In this document: positions 37,793-47,374 of the stretch, one piece after another
Numbering within the stretch: the first letter of the stretch is position 1
Layout: every line of letters begins with the position of its first letter
Sequence record: NC_016163.1
Strand: one strand, 5' to 3'
Length of the DNA stretch: 64,000 nt
Made by a program: the position numbers and the translations under genes
The notes under the pieces: model-generated
Seen by the model: only the letters and a program-made list of their open reading frames with translations
What the model was told of the DNA's origin: nothing
Database searches by the model: none

Positions 37793-39067
37793 TTATTTTG
37801 AGTTTATATCTTCTATATGATCAAAAATATCAAACTCTTTACCTTGTACTGACAAGTCATGGAAAGACTTCATCGAAAGGTTCATAATACGAGCCGAAAT
37901 ACGAGATACATGAAGACCGATATTTTTTACACCTAAACGATAGAACATATCACCTAAACAGTGGTGGCAATAATGTTTATTTTGACATAGTAAAGGTGTA
38001 CGCATCTTAACCGTTTTACCAACATACTTCTCTAGCAATGCAGGAGTTAGACATACTAATTCATTCTTATCGTAGATGTAACGGTAGCGATATTCACGCT
38101 TATTGTCACCAGTAAGCTCTACGTTAATAGTTTTAGTAGTTCCGCAATCACTATCAGGTTTATCGGCAATAATACCACTAAATGCAGCGTTAAACAGCTT
38201 GGTTAAGTAACCACCTTTTTGGGTATCAACTGCACGTCCAGCAGCACCTAATACTGCTAGGTCAGCATGAGGAGCAATATCTTCTTTAGCTACACCATCC
38301 ATAAGGTTAGAAGTAACGATACTAAAGGATGTAGGGTCATCAGATTTAGGGGCAATTCCACGGAAAATAGAGTTTACTTTAAAGTTGTTATTCCATGAAC
38401 CGTTAAACCCGCTATCATAGATCATTTTACCTGTAGCACCTATTTCTTCTAGGTCTTTTTTGGCAAAATCAATCATTTCATTCTCTAGTTTACCAAATGC
38501 CATCACATCATTACTTTCAATAACCTCACGGTTATCTTTAAGCATCTGATCACGTTTTTTCTTAACTTTCTCAGAAGGATGAATTGTTTTAATATCTAGA
38601 CTAGGAATAGAATAAATAGCGGAAGTGTAGCCTAACCATTGCATTCTATCAATGAAATCTTTAACGACATCGGATAAAATGTATTTATCTACATATGCAT
38701 CAGAGATAACACGGTTTAACCCACCAATCACACCAGCAGTGGTAGGTTTATTGATATATTCTAGAATAGTCGCCAAATGAGAATTCTCAATGCCGTTAAT
38801 TGTACCTTTTGCAGAGCCAATAAAAACGTTAAAAACGATTCTACCAGCATTGGTCTCGGTACCTACAATATCTTTCCAGTTTTTAAACTTTCTAAGAATT
38901 GAATCGGCGGGAACTAGAGATTCTTCGATTTTGATACGAGTACGACTATCCATGACAGGTTTATTTGTGGCTGCATCAACCGCAAATACATTTAGGAGAA
39001 AACTTTTAGTAATATCTTCTTCAGTAATCCCTAAAATTGTCTTTTCTGGATCATTTATATCAAACAT
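37793..39067 (-). CDS. rpoC: Virion RNA polymerase beta-prime subunit, C-terminal part (phiKZ gp80-like)
   Basis: Bridge helix GAAGRAVDTQKGGYLTKL...DCGT, Zn site RTPLLC...CHHCLG, trigger loop MNLSMKSFH. Confidence 0.92.
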   Translation of the reverse strand: MFDINDPEKTILGITEEDITKSFLLNVFAVDAATNKPVMDSRTRIKIEESLVPADSILRKFKNWKDIVGTETNAGRIVFNVFIGSAKGTINGIENSHLATILEYINKPTTAGVIGGLNRVISDAYVDKYILSDVVKDFIDRMQWLGYTSAIYSIPSLDIKTIHPSEKVKKKRDQMLKDNREVIESNDVMAFGKLENEMIDFAKKDLEEIGATGKMIYDSGFNGSWNNNFKVNSIFRGIAPKSDDPTSFSIVTSNLMDGVAKEDIAPHADLAVLGAAGRAVDTQKGGYLTKLFNAAFSGIIADKPDSDCGTTKTINVELTGDNKREYRYRYIYDKNELVCLTPALLEKYVGKTVKMRTPLLCQNKHYCHHCLGDMFYRLGVKNIGLHVSRISARIMNLSMKSFHDLSVQGKEFDIFDHIEDINSK

Positions 39068-39084
39068 TTTCTATGTTCCGAAGA

Positions 39085-39328
39085 AAAAGAAATAAATACG
39101 CCTATGACCGTGAAGATCATAGGCGCAGGACTTTATTTTCTATCAGTGATCCAATGAAAGTATTTCTTAGTATTAATCGTCGTCAGAATCTCCACCACCT
39201 ACAGGGAGAAATGAGTCAAACCATGAGATAAGATTTTTATTTTCATTGGAAGAGATAGAGTTATTCATTCTTATTAGCCTGAGTTGATGCTTGGTAATAA
39301 GAACAGATTGATCTACAACGAGACCGCA
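39085..39328 (-). ncRNA. Candidate structured RNA of about 240 nt (or 31-aa ORF 39268-39173)
   Basis: Bounded by an early-type promoter (39342-39326) and a terminator CGCCTATGA...TCATAGGCG plus U-tract; long-range stems TCCAATGAAA/TTTCATTGGA, TCTATC/GATAGA, TTCTTATTA/TAATAAGAA. Confidence 0.5.
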
Positions 39329-39342
39329 TTAAAATAATATAT
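39326..39342 (-). promoter_or_regulatory. Putative early promoter
   Basis: ATATATTATTTTAATGC on the minus strand. Confidence 0.65.
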
Positions 39343-39351
39343 CTTTGAAGA

Positions 39352-40038
39352 TTATGCGTATACGTAGTATTCTACAATCAGACCTTTACCAGTTTCTGCT
39401 GATAGAGGTTCTGTTTCAAAGGTAATACGGGAGAAGATTTTAATGTCGTTATAAGTATTATCTGAAGGCACTACTGCGGAGAATAGGCCAAGTTCAGAAA
39501 TACGTGAACCACGGGCATCTTTCTCGTTAATAGTCAGAGTAGCTTTAACGTAGTAGTCATCTTTAACTGTATCAGTAATCAATTCAACCTTAGTAAAGGT
39601 TTTCTTCATATACTGAGTATCGGAACCACTAACCTTAGTATCGGTATAGAAGTTAGCATCTTCTGAAGGCATAGGGTTAGCAGTGTTAGCAATACGGAAT
39701 GGCACTGCAGTGTTAAGCTGAGTATCTGCTGAAGTAGGAGTGATAGGGTTGAATGGATCAGATACAGGAGCACCGCCACTACCGATACCGAACAGACATA
39801 CATAGCGATTATGTAGAAGAGTTTCGTTCTCTGAGCTATAAGGAAGCTTAAACAGTTTACGCAGAGTGAATTCACGACCAGTCTGAACTACAAGGTTTCT
39901 TTTAACTTGCAAAATATTATTAGTGACGGGATCACGAATAACAATAAAGTTTTCACGAGCCTTATTAGCACGAACAGCATCCTGAATCAGTAATTTTTCA
40001 TCGTGTGTCATGACACGCTGAGAATCAATTTCAAACAT
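39352..40038 (-). CDS. Baseplate / tail-fibre attachment protein (DUF3751-like fold)
   Basis: LFGIGSGG...TLTI...ISELGLF...FSRITF pattern of fibre N-terminal domains. Confidence 0.6.
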   Translation of the reverse strand: MFEIDSQRVMTHDEKLLIQDAVRANKARENFIVIRDPVTNNILQVKRNLVVQTGREFTLRKLFKLPYSSENETLLHNRYVCLFGIGSGGAPVSDPFNPITPTSADTQLNTAVPFRIANTANPMPSEDANFYTDTKVSGSDTQYMKKTFTKVELITDTVKDDYYVKATLTINEKDARGSRISELGLFSAVVPSDNTYNDIKIFSRITFETEPLSAETGKGLIVEYYVYA

Positions 40039-40065
40039 TGTTAAATTCCTATTTATGATATAGAA

Positions 40066-40078
40066 CTAAAAGTTTGTT
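40066..40078 (-). promoter_or_regulatory. Putative late promoter
   Basis: AACA-AACTTT-TAG. Confidence 0.75.
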
Positions 40079-40088
40079 GAGGAAGATC

Positions 40089-42683
40089 TTAATCTTCACC
40101 AGTAACCGTTATTACAAAATTATCCTGCATTAACATTTTAGATTTAACTGGTAATGAGGTAATGGGAACGGCTTTCTCTGAGCCAAAATCTGGTAGAGCG
40201 TCTATATAAAAGTTACCTTTTGTAGATTTAATAACTTCTTTCAATACATTGTATTCCTTAATAGAGTAATTAGCTAATTTCTTTTTAAATACGTCATTAA
40301 AGTTAATTTTATTCACACTATCCATAAATGACGAATAAGTCTGGAAATCTCTTAATTTAGCATTTTTATCATAGATGTGATATGTGGAATTAGGAACAAA
40401 ATTGTCATCAATTTCTAAGGTATCTGTAGAGAAATCATTATTATGGTAAGTAGTGTTAATTACCGGATAATCTCTTACAAATACAGTATCAAACTGATTA
40501 AAATATGAATTAGCTACCTTGATTTGATCGTACATATTGAACTTAATACTATCTTTCATAGTAAAAGTACCGTACCTTACCAAATCATCATGAATATTCA
40601 CTCTATCAAAGAGGTTAAACCATTTATTACTGTAAATGAAATCATAGAAGTAATCACCTTTAGGAATATAATCTCTTAATGGTAATACACTTATATTACG
40701 GAAACTATCTCGAAGATGTAAAATTTCTTTATAATGGAAATCGGCATTAAATACTTGCTTATCCTTGAAATAAATCCAGTCAGTAGTAACCTGTTTACCT
40801 AAGTAAGTAAAGATACTAGTAATATCATGTAAATGAACTTTATCATAATAATGGAAATTTCCTAAGAATACATATCTATCCCAAGTAGCACCAGTAACAT
40901 GGTCTTCAATGGGAATAATACTATCCATAGATTCCACACCGTCGAATATACGACCGTCTAGTTCTTCTTTAAGCACCATGAAAAAACTAAGTTCTCTAAG
41001 AGTTACAGTAAATGACTTAAATACTTCGATTACGTCTCTAAGATAACTGGAAAGGATATCTACAGATGTAGAACCAAAGAATAAATCCATATCATTGAGA
41101 TATGACTTAACTACATCAGTTACATACGTAATTTCACGTTCTATCTCAATTTGTCTTTCTTCAGGGTCTTCAATATTGCGAATAGCGTTAATGAAATTAT
41201 AAATGTCAATATTACGACTTAAAATGTAGTCTGTATAGGTTTCAGCTTTATTGAAGAGAGAATAATTAAGTTTTTGAGTAAAACGGGCATAATAAATCTG
41301 TTTTAACTGTTTATAGCGTTTATAATCAGTTTCAGTATGCAAAGCATCTTTGATATTAGAGTGGATACCAATATTGTAATCAAATACCTCTAAAGTTTTT
41401 TCCTTATCAAAAGAAGTTTCTTTAGTCATATCCTTAACTGGATATAAGTTAGGGTCTACTGGCTTGGTATTAACTATATCTACTGGATAGGTTATAGTAC
41501 CACTTCTATCTTTAAATTGATAGATGGATACAATATTCTCTAAATCATATTCAATGGTATCTACTACACCTTGATAATCGAGAGTCAAGATTTGTAAAAG
41601 AACTAAAGTATCTTCTAGAGTAATTGGATCCAAAGATATCTTAGATGCAGTAAAAGTCATGAATTCTTTACTACTATAACTTTCACGAATTTTACGTAAT
41701 AAATTTAAGAGATAAACTGTATTGAGACCTTCTTTAGCTAATTCAAAGCCTGACTCAATGGAGAAGTATTTAGATTGGACATAATCAAAATTGTATCTAG
41801 CAATTTCTGTATTAGTCGTTCTCCAAGTATCATCTCCAAGAGTTACATCAGCAATGGTGTTATCATTATAATCACCAGCTTTAATAGCTTTAGATAATGA
41901 ATCAATACGGATATTATGAGAGATAAAACGAGGGTTATTGATGATAGTGTTTGTACCATCAGTTTCCTTACGAGTCTCATCTCTTACTAAATAGTATTTA
42001 AAAATATTAATATTATCGAAATTAAAAATATCAAGAATATTAATAATAACTTTATCAGTACCCTTGTTTCTTATAAGCGAATTGATATTTTTTGCAATTT
42101 TCTGCTTATACTGTAAAGGTACTGATTTAAAATAACTGATACCGAATGACAAGATAAAATCATCAATCATTGATTCATTCATCATATCAATATCATATGG
42201 ATACTTCAACCAGTTATCAATGTAGTTAATTAATGCCATGATATTAATTGACATTAAACAGAAGTTTCTATAATTCTCTTCCGTTTCCATTGATTTAGCA
42301 TAGTTGGTAGCGTAGAAGTACGTTAAACACTTCTTATAAATTGGCCCATACTGACTTAGGTATGGATATGTAGTTTCCATATCACTATCAGTATAGATAA
42401 TATCTAAGTCTTTTGCTCTTCGACTAGTATAATATGGAATCTGATAAGTATCAAAAAGATTCTTATAGTAAGGGTTTAATTCTACATAATCATTGATGAT
42501 CTGCTGTCGTTCAGCTTCTGTATGATTATCCATTTTTAAATAAGCTGCCATATATTCTGAAGAGGCTTTCATAGAATTTTCAGTCTCTTGAGAATCAGCA
42601 GATAATTCATCTTTAAATACCATCTTGATAATATATTGAACTAGATTTTCAATATACTCAAGGGTATTATCATTTATTTTCAT
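40089..42683 (-). CDS. Baseplate wedge protein (T4 gp7 / P2 gpI-like) with C-terminal repeats
   Basis: LIRNKGTDKVIINILDIF (gpI-like KGT motif); degenerate 18-20-aa repeats in the last third. Confidence 0.62.
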   Translation of the reverse strand: MKINDNTLEYIENLVQYIIKMVFKDELSADSQETENSMKASSEYMAAYLKMDNHTEAERQQIINDYVELNPYYKNLFDTYQIPYYTSRRAKDLDIIYTDSDMETTYPYLSQYGPIYKKCLTYFYATNYAKSMETEENYRNFCLMSINIMALINYIDNWLKYPYDIDMMNESMIDDFILSFGISYFKSVPLQYKQKIAKNINSLIRNKGTDKVIINILDIFNFDNINIFKYYLVRDETRKETDGTNTIINNPRFISHNIRIDSLSKAIKAGDYNDNTIADVTLGDDTWRTTNTEIARYNFDYVQSKYFSIESGFELAKEGLNTVYLLNLLRKIRESYSSKEFMTFTASKISLDPITLEDTLVLLQILTLDYQGVVDTIEYDLENIVSIYQFKDRSGTITYPVDIVNTKPVDPNLYPVKDMTKETSFDKEKTLEVFDYNIGIHSNIKDALHTETDYKRYKQLKQIYYARFTQKLNYSLFNKAETYTDYILSRNIDIYNFINAIRNIEDPEERQIEIEREITYVTDVVKSYLNDMDLFFGSTSVDILSSYLRDVIEVFKSFTVTLRELSFFMVLKEELDGRIFDGVESMDSIIPIEDHVTGATWDRYVFLGNFHYYDKVHLHDITSIFTYLGKQVTTDWIYFKDKQVFNADFHYKEILHLRDSFRNISVLPLRDYIPKGDYFYDFIYSNKWFNLFDRVNIHDDLVRYGTFTMKDSIKFNMYDQIKVANSYFNQFDTVFVRDYPVINTTYHNNDFSTDTLEIDDNFVPNSTYHIYDKNAKLRDFQTYSSFMDSVNKINFNDVFKKKLANYSIKEYNVLKEVIKSTKGNFYIDALPDFGSEKAVPITSLPVKSKMLMQDNFVITVTGED

Positions 42684-43032
42684 TACTAGAACCCTTTTCT
42701 AATTCTGCAGCCATTCCATCATAAATCTTAAAGGTGGAACCTAAAGATTTATAGCAACCAATATGACCTTTCTGAAGACTATTAATTGCAGATAATAATT
42801 CTTGCTCAGGAATATTTACATTCTGAGGGTCGGCTTTATACTTGGCTAATGACGGAATAAGTTCATATAGAGATTTAGGTTTAGGGCAGCTTTGTTTAAT
42901 ATTTTCTTTATCTAGCTTAGGAACTACAATTTCAGTTTTGGTAACTACTCGATCTACATATTCAACCTTTGGAGCACAACCAGCTAATACGATAAAAGAA
43001 GTTAATGCTAGTGCTTTAATAATGGTTTTCAT
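42670..43032 (-). CDS. Rz1: o-spanin (outer membrane lipoprotein)
   Basis: Signal peptide with lipobox LAGC; Pro-rich with further Cys; directly follows the i-spanin. Confidence 0.78.
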   Translation of the reverse strand: MKTIIKALALTSFIVLAGCAPKVEYVDRVVTKTEIVVPKLDKENIKQSCPKPKSLYELIPSLAKYKADPQNVNIPEQELLSAINSLQKGHIGCYKSLGSTFKIYDGMAAELEKGSSNENK

Positions 43033-43464
43033 TTACAGATCCTCAAGATTATCAACTACAGTATCAAAATTATCAGCGATTTTTACTAAAGCTTTGGAAG
43101 ACTCTTTACTGATTACTTTATCAGCTGGAACTTCTTTGATAATAACTTCAACATTTGATTTGTCGATGTCATTAAGTTTATTGTCTTCTGCTTTTAAGTT
43201 AGCAATCTCTGTCTGTTGAATGGCATTTGCAGCCTCTAATTTTTTATTCTTATCTTGCTCAGCTTTTAGTGCAGCTTCTAATTGGTCTGATACAAGTTTC
43301 TGAGCAGTGTACTTACCTTCCCACTCAGTTGATGCTTTTGCGTTATCTGCAATGCCGTTTAAAAATAAACCAATAACTACCACTACGATAGCTATGCAGA
43401 TTGCAAGGATAATATTCTTATATGAGGACACAAAATTATTTAGTATACTGTCCATTCTCTTCAC
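43033..43464 (-). CDS. Rz: i-spanin
   Basis: N-terminal TM IILAICIAIVVVVIGLFL followed by a coiled coil. Confidence 0.75.
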   Translation of the reverse strand: MKRMDSILNNFVSSYKNIILAICIAIVVVVIGLFLNGIADNAKASTEWEGKYTAQKLVSDQLEAALKAEQDKNKKLEAANAIQQTEIANLKAEDNKLNDIDKSNVEVIIKEVPADKVISKESSKALVKIADNFDTVVDNLEDL

Positions 43465-43499
43465 CTTTAAGGTATATGATTCGTTATTTTATTGAAAAA

Positions 43500-43525
43500 C
43501 TATATAGATGTTAACATGAATATAG
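43500..43525. promoter_or_regulatory. Back-to-back divergent late promoters
   Basis: Minus AACA-TCTATA-TAG (43512-43500) and plus AACA-TGAATA-TAG (43513-43525), joined as the palindrome TGTTAACA. Confidence 0.78.
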
Positions 43526-43556
43526 TTTAACTTATAGAAAATATAGGCATCTTATA

Positions 43557-44267
43557 ATGAGTTCTAAACAATTTGTCTTTCCCTTAGACAAAAAGAAATT
43601 TTCTTCTAAGCCACTTATGTATGCTTACATTGAAGAAAATTATTCGAATATGCTAAGCGAAGAAATGTCTCCAGCGAGATTATATTTTAATCTTAAATAT
43701 AATAAAACTCATGGTAAATCAGTTATATCTGGAAAACCTACTCCTTGGAATGAGGTCACTGAAAGATATGAACGTTTTGCTAATGAAGAAGAACGTAAAG
43801 AATATCGTCAGATGTTCAGATCTAGAATGATTAAAAAGTATGGTAAGGATCATATTCTGGATGAGCCTGAGCAGCAAAAGGTAATGCTTCAAAATCGTTC
43901 TATTTCTAAAGAGTATAAATGGTGTGATGGAAGTATTTCTGTAGTTAATAGTCAGTATGAATATGATTTTCTTAACTTTGTGGAAAGCGTATATCGTTTT
44001 GATAAGAATTGCTTTACTGAACCACCTACAATTTACTACAAAGATGGTAGTAATATGAACTTTTACCTTCCAGATTTTTACATTCCTTCATTGAATTTAA
44101 TTATCGAAGTAAAAGGTTCTAATGGCCATTATCAGAATAGAGACTCTTACAAAGAGAAACTCAAAGCTGAAGCTACTATCAAAGAAGGTTTTAATTTTAT
44201 TCAGTTAAATGATAGAAATTATACACCATTCAATATATTTTTCAAAAAACAAGTTCTAGATAACTAA
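43557..44267 (+). CDS. PD-(D/E)xK nuclease (TnsA / T4 gp4-like)
   Basis: YEYDF...FYLPDFYIPSLNLIIEVKG. Confidence 0.7.
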   Translation: MSSKQFVFPLDKKKFSSKPLMYAYIEENYSNMLSEEMSPARLYFNLKYNKTHGKSVISGKPTPWNEVTERYERFANEEERKEYRQMFRSRMIKKYGKDHILDEPEQQKVMLQNRSISKEYKWCDGSISVVNSQYEYDFLNFVESVYRFDKNCFTEPPTIYYKDGSNMNFYLPDFYIPSLNLIIEVKGSNGHYQNRDSYKEKLKAEATIKEGFNFIQLNDRNYTPFNIFFKKQVLDN

Positions 44268-44299
44268 GTTTTAGAAAAATTACACACAAGGTTCTACCA

Positions 44300-44971
44300 A
44301 TGACCAAAGTATCTTACTCCGACATTAAAAGATTACTTACTACAGGTAGTTTAGAATTTAATATTTCTGATGATATTTATTTCATTAAAGATAATGTATA
44401 TAATAATTTAATTAATAATTTAAATAAAATAAATAAATATTCTTATCCTGTTATTGATAATGAAAAAGTATTAGATAAAGCTTCTTATACTAATAGAATT
44501 ATTCAAATGGATAGATTTATTAGAAATCACTTCTTTGATGGATGTTTAATTGATTTTAGTGAAAATAACTATCATATTTTAGATAAAAGATTTATATTTA
44601 ATGGTATTATCGGTTTAAAACCTAGATTCATCAGTAAATTTTATACAATTAATGAAAATAGTGATAATTTTTTAAAGAAATTATACAAAAACACTATGAA
44701 TCTTATTTGTAGAAGAAGAATGTTAACTTCCAAACAAGGTGATACTAAAGTATTAGATTTAGCTATTAAAATTAAGTCTAATGTGGATACTCACCTAGCC
44801 TGTATAATCTCAATTAAAGATCGTTATAAAGATTGTGGAGCAGTTATTGTAAATAATATAACTTTTTTAAGAGCTGGCACTGAAATTGACTCAGTAATAG
44901 TTCACATGAAAGAAACAAAACCGCTATACAATTTAATAGATATGATCGATATCGAATTTGTTATTTTATAG
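44300..44971 (+). CDS. Hypothetical protein
   Basis: 223 aa. Confidence 0.7.
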   Translation: MTKVSYSDIKRLLTTGSLEFNISDDIYFIKDNVYNNLINNLNKINKYSYPVIDNEKVLDKASYTNRIIQMDRFIRNHFFDGCLIDFSENNYHILDKRFIFNGIIGLKPRFISKFYTINENSDNFLKKLYKNTMNLICRRRMLTSKQGDTKVLDLAIKIKSNVDTHLACIISIKDRYKDCGAVIVNNITFLRAGTEIDSVIVHMKETKPLYNLIDMIDIEFVIL

Positions 44972-44980
44972 GAAACAATC

Positions 44981-45376
44981 ATGCCATTTTTCTTAAAAGA
45001 AAATCTTGATGAAGAACCTACCGAAGTATTTACTGAAGAAGAAGTAGATACTATCTTTGGTAACTTCATTGCTTATGCTGAACGTAAACTCAAGGGTTAT
45101 TCTACTAAGGAAATTGATATCTTAGCTAATAGAGCTAAGAAATTAAATTCCGAAGAAGTTAAGCGTGACCTTTTATCAAGAATCGATGCTGCTAAAAAAG
45201 CTGCTAATGAAGCTCTTCAAAAAGCCGAATCTGGTAGCGATAAGTATCGTGAATTGCGTCTTCAAATTCAGGTTTTAGGTGAATTAAACTCTAAGGTTAA
45301 GTCCTTTAAGATTACTAAATATGATGAACCTGAGAAAAAAGACGACCGTGACGTAATTGACCTTGATCACAACTAA
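44981..45376 (+). CDS. Putative small virion protein
   Basis: 131 aa, FLKE/NLDE acidic N-terminus, helical. Confidence 0.55.
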   Translation: MPFFLKENLDEEPTEVFTEEEVDTIFGNFIAYAERKLKGYSTKEIDILANRAKKLNSEEVKRDLLSRIDAAKKAANEALQKAESGSDKYRELRLQIQVLGELNSKVKSFKITKYDEPEKKDDRDVIDLDHN

Positions 45377-45387
45377 AAGGTAGTGAA

Positions 45388-45855
45388 ATGGATAACGTAG
45401 AAGTAGAAGGACTAGATTTCGTTAGTGCTACTGCAGAATCTACCAAAATCGAAACTACTTTGACATTAAATGCCTTTGGTACTACTCAAAACTATACGGA
45501 ATTACAAGCATTAGCTAAACGAATCCAATCACTCATCTTACTGGAACCTGGAACTAATCCAGCTAATATTGAGATGGGTGTCGGAATCCGTAATTACGTT
45601 ACTGAGTTTATGGATGATATTACTTTAACTAGATTAAGTAGAGTAACTCTAGATCAAGTTAATAAGTTTATCCCAACTCAGTTAGTAAAAGATATTACCT
45701 ATGGTAGAGGTAGTGGTGTCTACAGTAGCTTTGTATTTTGTTATGTATACATAAATATGACTAGTCAAGAGTTTCAGAAAAATATTTTAGCAATTTCTTT
45801 CAACTCTTCTAGTCCTGCATACACAACTACAATTGAAAGCGAAATCTTCATATAA
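45388..45855 (+). CDS. Baseplate wedge protein, T4 gp25-like
   Basis: RIQSLILLEPGT.P...MGVGI. Confidence 0.7.
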   Translation: MDNVEVEGLDFVSATAESTKIETTLTLNAFGTTQNYTELQALAKRIQSLILLEPGTNPANIEMGVGIRNYVTEFMDDITLTRLSRVTLDQVNKFIPTQLVKDITYGRGSGVYSSFVFCYVYINMTSQEFQKNILAISFNSSSPAYTTTIESEIFI

Positions 45856-45946
45856 ATCATAAATCTTTTTATAAAATGAGATAGTCTAAACTTTAAATTA
45901 GACTATCTCATATTCTTTTTACTAGTAAAAATAAGGAATACTTTTC

Positions 45947-47374
45947 ATGTCCGATATGAAATCTATCGAAGAATTGGCACAGGGTGGCGATTTAGCTGCC
46001 ATGTTGCAGCAGCAACCTATTGAATCTTTCTCACAAGATGCTACTTCAGCTCCAGTTAATACTGTCAATCAACCTGCTCAAGAAGCCCCACAAGAGCTTT
46101 CAGTAGAGCAACCAGTACAAACTGAAATTTCAGCTCCAGAAGAAGCTGTAGAAATTCCTAACCTCAATGAGAGTCTTTCTGAATCAGTAGCTAATCCAGA
46201 AAGTAATATTGAAGCTCCTACTACTGTTGCTACTAATGTAGCTGAAGATAATGCCAATGAAATCATTATTGAAGCATCTTTGATCGAATTTGATAAAGAT
46301 GATGACGATTATACTTCAGAGAAAAATATTCTCCGTGGTAAACCAGTTACTAAATCAACTGACAATGGCAATCGTATTAAAGAATTGCTTAAAAATGCTG
46401 TGGTTAGTAGCCTTGATAGCATTAATGTAATTCCTAAGTCAACTACGGCAAACAATCCTATGGCCGCGATGAATAATATGAACATGATTCATCAAGCTAG
46501 CGTCCATGTCACCTCTCCTGTAATCGCACTTAAAAGCGGTTATAGGGCTTTTATGAGCGCCTTGACAAACAATGAAAAGATTGCTGTTCGTAACATTTCT
46601 GGCTCTATCTACGAGCAAACTTCAAAGCTGGTCAATCTGGTCTATAGCAAGATCGCTGAAACCTCTTATGGAAGTAAGATGTCGTATGAAGAGTTTCTCC
46701 GCTTCACCGCTGAAGACGATTTCCAAACTTTAGCTTTCGGTATCTATGAAGCTACCTTCCCTAATAAGACTGAGTATTCTTTCCGCTGCCCACATTGTGG
46801 TACACAGCTTAAAGTGCCTCTGTTCCCTAAAGATATTATTCAGGTAGTCGATTATAAGCGTGGTCAGACTTACGTAGCAGAATTGCTGCGTAACTATGAA
46901 AAAGGTGCTGCGTTTATGCAGGAATCCCTGCTTAATAAACGTATTCGCATTCAGCTTCCAGACTCTATGTTTGTTGTAGAACTGAAAATTAACTCTATGG
47001 CTGAGTACTTAGAAGCTCTGCGTTTCATTGATAGCTATAAGGGTAAAGCTACTACTGAAATGCTGCATGTCGTGCGTCATATTCAGAAGCTTTACGTTCC
47101 AGATGTAGCTCTGTTGGAAAGTGGTTCTCTTGCATTTATCGAGATTACCGATCGTGGTCAGATTCTGACTGAACTGGATCGTCTTTCCGGTGATGATATG
47201 AAGAGTATCAATAAAGGTATCAGCGGAATGAATAACATGTTCCAAGTTGAATACCGTCTTCCTAAGATCAAAGCTTGCCCAGGCAAAGATTGTGGTAAAC
47301 CAATTGATACTGTAGGAGTTGATATTATTCAGATTCTTTTTACCGCTTCAATCGGGGAACTGATGGGCGAATAA
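45947..47374 (+). CDS. T4 gp26-like baseplate hub / tail assembly chaperone with acidic disordered N-terminus
   Basis: LTNNEK..., DFQTLAFGIY...FRCPHCG...CPGKDCG. Confidence 0.6.
   Translation: MSDMKSIEELAQGGDLAAMLQQQPIESFSQDATSAPVNTVNQPAQEAPQELSVEQPVQTEISAPEEAVEIPNLNESLSESVANPESNIEAPTTVATNVAEDNANEIIIEASLIEFDKDDDDYTSEKNILRGKPVTKSTDNGNRIKELLKNAVVSSLDSINVIPKSTTANNPMAAMNNMNMIHQASVHVTSPVIALKSGYRAFMSALTNNEKIAVRNISGSIYEQTSKLVNLVYSKIAETSYGSKMSYEEFLRFTAEDDFQTLAFGIYEATFPNKTEYSFRCPHCGTQLKVPLFPKDIIQVVDYKRGQTYVAELLRNYEKGAAFMQESLLNKRIRIQLPDSMFVVELKINSMAEYLEALRFIDSYKGKATTEMLHVVRHIQKLYVPDVALLESGSLAFIEITDRGQILTELDRLSGDDMKSINKGISGMNNMFQVEYRLPKIKACPGKDCGKPIDTVGVDIIQILFTASIGELMGE

Noticed and set aside
39037-39231. 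64-aa plus-strand ORF over the ncRNA candidate
   Set aside because: It is antisense to the beta-prime-C start, has no RBS, and runs through a terminator hairpin.
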